From contig CM022670.1 in NCBI GenBank assembly GCA_012295275.1, positions 16,058,001 through 16,122,000 of the forward strand: DNA of 64,000 nt, given 5' to 3'. The DNA comes from Chrysomallon squamiferum (taxonomy: Eukaryota > Animalia > Mollusca). The notes beneath the pieces are model-generated. The model was not told the origin of the DNA. It searched no databases and was given only the letters and a program-made list of their open reading frames with translations. The position numbers and the translations under genes are program-made. This document shows positions 52,101 through 64,000 of this stretch, in pieces (position 1 is the stretch's first letter; the number at the start of each line of letters is the position of its first letter).

Positions 52101-53958
52101 TTCAGATTAGAAAATATGTAACAGCATAGGGAAATATTATTATGTTGAATTATTAATGTCAAAACACAGCATGTCCAAACTGAGAACTGTGTAATTTCCA
52201 GTCTCTTGGAGAACATATAAAGTCATTCAGCCTGGAACAATATAAACTAATCATAATGGTAATTTGATTTTTAATAATTTCAGATGGCATTAATTATTTT
52301 AGCTTTATATAACAACACCATTAAATCTATCTATTTCATATACAAACATAAACACATTTCATTGTGTATAAATGTGTGTGTATTTAATATTCAAAACAAC
52401 AGATTATACATCTAACATTTTAAAAACAGAATATTATTTCAGCTATAATAAATACAAGAATACATTCTTAAGAAAACACAAGCCGTAGTCTGTTCAAACA
52501 AAGTGAAATGAAAATTGCTTGTGTACCATGTTTAAGTAAAATTGATTCCAATCGATTGAGATCATCTGCTTGAAGATATTTGACTATCTGATGTAGAACT
52601 GGAAATGTCTGCTCTAAAATATAAAAAAAAGACAAAATTATGAAGAACATTTTTAAAGACAACATTATCCACTGTAATGATAAATAAACTTTCTGACCTG
52701 CATAAAAGTAACTTCTACATATAAAATGAAACAATTATTTCTCATTTCTCTTTACTTATAATTGTTATTATTATGCAAGCACTAATACAGGGTTCATTTT
52801 TTTCAAAGTTAACAAAAAGGCTGATGTAAATCCTATTCAAATTTTTTTATTAATGTTTTAAGTGAAGGGATATAGGTGTTTTTTTTATTTGGTTTTGAAA
52901 ATGGTATCAATCAAATGACAAAATGAGCAAGAGTGCAGGCTGTCCAATATCACCATAATAGGATATTAAGGGTCCAGGAAACATTTCTGTCAAAATTTCC
53001 ATTGATTTTCTTGTGATCATTCCCTTTATTACCATATATACTTGTGTATAAGTCGAATTTTTGGGAGACTATATTAAGGTAACATTTTGGGGTTCGACTT
53101 ATACATAGGTAATGCTTTTGTAGCTGTTGCTGAAGAGTCACCATTTTGACTATTTTTTGCTACGGGATGCATCTAAAATAATTGCGGTCTTTCAGCTTTT
53201 CAAAAATATAATTTTATCGTATAAAATTTTTTGAAAAATTAAATAACAAAACCAAATATGAATGTAAAACATGATATTCTTCCGTTTAATGACATAAAAA
53301 TACATTTTAAAGCGAAAAAACTGTCAGTACGGCGTTATGCCTTACGGCGTCTTGCAATGATCTAGGAATGCAGACTTCTCTGCCAAATTGCACTAAATAT
53401 CAGTCCTAATTTCATAAACAAAACTCACTTGTGTAATTGTAAAGAATTTGGTGAAATAATATTGCAATCGTCATTAATATCCACTACCGACAAATTGAAA
53501 ACAAAGTGATGGTGCCTGGAATCTACAGTCGACTTATACACAAGTAATACCTAAAATGACGCAATTTTTGGTCTTAAAATACACATCGACTTATACATAA
53601 AGGTCGCCTTGTACGCAAGTATATACAGTATTTTCTTTGGGATTATCTAAGGTAAATGATGAACTGACAGTGTATCTTCACTTAAAACTATGTAAAACTT
53701 ATTAATAAATGTTTTGAATAATATTTAACTTGATCTTTCTGTTAACCTTTAAAATATATTAGGATTTTCTGCCAGACCCTATATTGAAATATATTGTACA
53801 GATATTGGTGTATTAATTGTTGTGTGTGTAATATCAGACATATTTATTTGATGAACAATAATTGACAGGTAAAATCTGTTACCTTCAAAAACTTTATCTG
53901 GATATAAATGTGCATATATTCCAATGTACTCAGCACAAATTGCTTCCAGAGATTTCAT
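45753..53958 (-). CDS. LRRC41: LRRC41/MUF1-like Elongin BC-box leucine-rich-repeat protein, 12 coding exons, about 776 aa
   Basis: Exons: 53883-53958, 52527-52613, 51730-51909, 50469-51371, 49852-49989, 49392-49533, 48878-48972, 48242-48418, 47822-47971, 46870-46947, 46427-46496, 45753-45987. All are GT-AG, total 2331 nt in frame. N-terminal BC-box SLEAICAEYI, then GIDVELAWKRLCSLRW, a central disordered insert, RNI-like LRRs (SLDLGSNTF, ILNFAYCGL, TLNLGNNRFG, ELDISGNNV) and C-terminus FDDFIAQM (human, from memory, FADYVSTM). The gene model is solid; the orthology call is less certain. Confidence 0.8.
53032..53628. mobile_element. Non-autonomous Tc1/mariner-pogo type DNA transposon (about 600 bp MITE) in an LRRC41 intron
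   Basis: TA flanks at 53030-31 and 53629-30. TIRs CCATATATACTTGTGTATAAGTCGA / TCGCCTTGTACGCAAGTATATACAG (20/25 matching). Internal copies of TCGACTTATAC at about 53095, 53529 and 53586. Confidence 0.85.
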
Positions 53959-55191
53959 CCCCAATTCCTGCAATGTTAAATAATGTATTCATTTTTATAA
54001 TAAATTAGAGCAAAATTTTTACTTCTCCAATAATATGAACTTTGTTAGCTTGGTACAAGTTTTCAACTATTTTTGTAACAGTTCATAATATTGGTACCAA
54101 TAAGAAACTATTTCAAAACAATTAAAATAATCAATAACATAATATAAATAAATAATAAACAAACAATGAAACACACTTGACAGTTGCCTTTTCAACAATT
54201 CAAGCTTCTGATTTGAACAATTTTGTCCAGCACCGTTAATATAAAAATATGCTGAACATTTATTCATCCTTTCTCACGTGTGAGAAATCACTCGGTTTAT
54301 ATGTTTTATGATATTTAAGTCAAGCGAAGGATACATTTAATAAGAACAAAGCGTTATCGAAATACAGTTACTTAAACTCTAAACCAAGCCAATGATTACG
54401 ATAGCCAATACAATACAGTTGAATACTGAATACAATAATTATACTGTGAATACAGAATACTCACACCCATCACATGCTTCCTCGGAACCTCTTTCGTAAG
54501 TGCAAGTGATAAATGACATATGTTTACATAAATTTAAAAGCATTAACAATTGGAAAAGCATGTGCCAAATCAAACATTAATTTAATAAAAGGATAATACA
54601 TTATTATGTTAAACACATTACACATTAAATTTGAATTTTCTACCAAACAGGGGGCCGCCATACCGTTAATGTTTTTTATTTTAATTGCTCCAAAATACAA
54701 GTGCACCTTTGCACGATAATCTTAAACAAGGTAAATGCTTTTGTTACGTTTATTTGGTACGTTAACATTATTAATTAAAATAAATCAAACAAATAAATAA
54801 ATAAGTAAACTATCTAATTAGTCGTTTGAAATTTTCCCGAGGATAATGGTAGAATTAATGACACTAAATCTTGCGGCAAAATCAAATAGTTGAAATACAC
54901 TATCAAATTTTAAACTGGATATTAATCCTTATATCAAATTACTTTTCTGCACATCTTGATACTATATATTTCTTTATTTTCAAATTATGCTTTATATATA
55001 CTCTTTATAAAAATGTATGGGAACTCTAATAAAAATTTACGTTTGCCAAAATTGTTAGGTAATACTGAATTAACTATTGTAACATTTGCCAATTTAATTC
55101 ATTATTAATAATAGTATTGTCATGTAACCATTCCCTACAGCTAACATACATTACAGTTTTGACAAGTATAAATTCTTATTACAGTTCCCAA

Positions 55192-55226
<35 letters not shown>

Positions 55227-55260
55227 AAGAGTCTAATTAAATTAATAATAATAATAATAT

Positions 55261-55294
<34 letters not shown>

Positions 55295-55930
55295 AACAAT
55301 AATAATAATAATAATAAATAAAAATTTGTATAAATGTTCTTTAATCCAACGAAATTAAGTTGAATTTCAAATAAGATGAAACAAATGCAGACCCACGTTT
55401 GATTGTAAATATTCGCTATCACGTCTTCACAAAATACGTATCTAATTATAATGTATATATATGTGACAGTGCATTTTTAATGAAGGGAATCGGTTTAACA
55501 TAACGTAACACTAGCATGCGAAAATTCATTTTTACAGTTTCATGATGGGTTTAGCAGCATACTGTCTTTAATTCGACTTTGATATTTGAAAAGAGGAAAA
55601 ACATCGTCTTGGTAAGTTTTATTACTTGAATATGCCATTTCAAACATACTAAGTATTTGGAATATACAAGGTTCATTTAATGAAGTTTTGTAAATTTAGA
55701 CTCAAATAAGGAGATTATGTGAAAGGAGAAAAAAAAAAATGAAAATTCATTTAGGCTAGTCAAGATTATTCGTATGAAAAAGCACATTCGTAACATATAA
55801 ATTCCTAACAGCACCCGTTAAATATTAATAACGCCAATGTAGTTTAATTTTGTACAAAGTTTCAAATAGTAAAATGTCTACTAAAAATTTTGAAAATTCT
55901 GATCCTGAAGACTTTAAAATAAATAAATAA

Positions 55931-56010
<80 letters not shown>
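55931..56010. repeat. Compound (ATG)n(ATT)n microsatellite
   Basis: Direct trinucleotide runs. Confidence 0.95.
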
Positions 56011-56011
<1 letters not shown>

Positions 56012-56234
56012 GTTGTTAAATTACAAATTATTTGAAAATTTAAAAAAAAAAAAAAAAAAAAAATCAAATTACAATCTTAATATTATAGGCTTCATTAGTA
56101 ATATTTTCATATTTATTGTAGCCGGCATACTCACTTAGTTGATTTCTTTGTTCACCAAAAATATTGACTATTTCAATTATTATATTTATATTTTATTTAT
56201 TTATTTATTTATTATTATTTTATTTAGGGAAAAC

Positions 56235-62182
<5,948 letters not shown>

Positions 62183-62900
62183 ACTACTCAAGTTTTACGT
62201 CCAAGGATTCACAGATATTAATAAATGAATAAATAAAATAGAAGTAATAATTAAAAAACACAAGACCCCCCCAACAAAAAAAAATCAACCCCGCAAATCT
62301 AAATATTAAAATATCTTTCTGAGCCTGTTTTATTTATTCTTTCTTCATTTTATGTTTAAGTGAAAAAAGAATTGCACACACGCGTGCGTATTCTTTGTTA
62401 TACGTGGCATCCTCAAAAAAACAACCCCAAAACACAAAAAAAAAAAAAAAAAAACGCACAAACAAACAATAACAACAGCTAAAAGAACGAAGTAAGTAAG
62501 TAAATAAATAAATGATAATAAAATAGAGTAAAATAAAAAATTAAAACAAGCAAACAAAACAAAAACAAGCACAAAAAACTATAAAAACTAAATAAATTAA
62601 AAAAAAAAAAAAAAAAAAAAAACCATTAAATAAAATAAAACTAAATAAAATAAAATAAAATAAAATAAAATAAAATAAAATAAATAATTAGATTAAAGTA
62701 AAACAAAACAATAAAATGAAATATAAATTATTATTATATATGTATGTCGCAATATTTAATTAAAGTTTGAATGTTAATTTACTTCTAACAACATTTTGAA
62801 AGAAAAAACATCGATTTAGAAGGGATAAAAAATAATAATGAAACTATTTTTTTTTTTTAAATTAACATAATTTTTTTTTTTTTTTTAAATTACATAATAA

Positions 62901-62931
<31 letters not shown>

Positions 62932-63019
62932 ATATTTTATAACCGCTCAAACATTTATATAAAATAAATAGGCCAGAAAATGTTCATTAATTTAGTCAAA
63001 TTATTTTCATTTTGGTACT

Positions 63020-63320
63020 GAATAAACGGACACATCTGTCAAAATGCGACAACGTTAAAAATTATACAGTCACGTGACTCGAGTAAAACGCGAAACTTTC
63101 GACCTAACCCAAGCTTGGATTGACATATTATTGTTGTATATAGGGGCATTTGCCAGATTTAAACGTCATTGTTAGAGTATTGTTATGAGATTATCAACAA
63201 TTCATGTCGACGCGAGTTAAAAACAACAGCGATTTGCAAACTGGCGTAATGGTCTGTAAGGGAAAAAATACAGAATATTAAAGTGTTATTTTTTCCAAGT
63301 TCGTCAGGAATGGGTAAGAA
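63020..63320 (+). promoter_or_regulatory. Probable promoter / first exon of the next gene
   Basis: Locally CpG-rich segment with palindromic GTCACGTGAC (63070-79), ending in ATGG|GTAAG at 63310-63318; no coding identity recognisable. Confidence 0.35.
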
Positions 63321-64000
63321 TATTCTGAATTAAACTTATTATTTTAAAAGAAAAAGAAAGGTAAATAATATATTTTGGGGATATTAATTAATTAATTAAT
63401 TAATTTTTTTATTATTTTTTTTTTTTTTGGACTAATCATTCGGAATAATGGGTATACTATTTCGACCGCAAGGTTAGGATGTATTATATTCATTGACTTC
63501 TTTTATTATATTTCATGTGAAATGAAAAAGATAACAAAATTTCTTGCAACGATTTCCATGTCTTTAAGCCTACACAACTTAAATATTGCATTGCAAAAAA
63601 AAAAAAAAAAAAAAAAATCTAAAAAAATTATTGGTCAGCTTAATATTTTCTTGAAGATTTAAAATTTCTGTCTACTTATATTCTTTTATTTATTTATTTA
63701 TTTATTTATCTTCAAAAAATTGATAAAACGATTTATGACTGTCTCCATTCTATATAAATGGTTAGTTACAAAGAAAAGACTATGATTGTTTTCTATTCTT
63801 TGGATGTGTTATATTGTAATAAATGTGCTGATTCCATTTCCGCTGTATCTATAGTAGTAGTAGTAGTAGTAAGTAAGTAAGTAAGTAAATAAAGTAATTA
63901 AATAAAGAAAATTCATAAAGAAAATTAAAACAAAATAGTAACTAAAATTAATAAAAATAATAATAAAATGAATTCATTTAACAAACAGGATAAGTATTAG

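Overview
AT-rich, intron-rich animal genomic DNA, probably a mollusc or other lophotrochozoan (inferred from protein character, not proven). I reconstructed five protein-coding genes by hand from GT-AG junctions and reading-frame continuity: the 3' part of a Ror receptor tyrosine kinase (+), a 27-exon MSH5 (-), an intronless Jun/AP-1 gene (+) head-to-head with MSH5, a 12-exon LRRC41/MUF1-like BC-box LRR gene (-), and an 11-exon divergent AADAT/KAT-II-like PLP aminotransferase (+). The window also holds two TA-flanked pogo/Tigger-type MITEs, several minisatellites and many microsatellites. The main oddities are: (1) tandem duplications seeded on real splice junctions, leaving arrays of decoy donors and acceptors; (2) a frameshift inside the Ror transmembrane segment; (3) a Jun promoter whose CCAAT / jun1-TRE / MEF2 order and spacing resemble the vertebrate c-jun promoter, plus dense downstream AP-1/CRE/MEF2/NF-kB clusters; (4) a MITE resembling mammalian Tigger4/MER46; (5) active-site substitutions in the aminotransferase. 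Comparisons to human sequences are from memory and need database confirmation.
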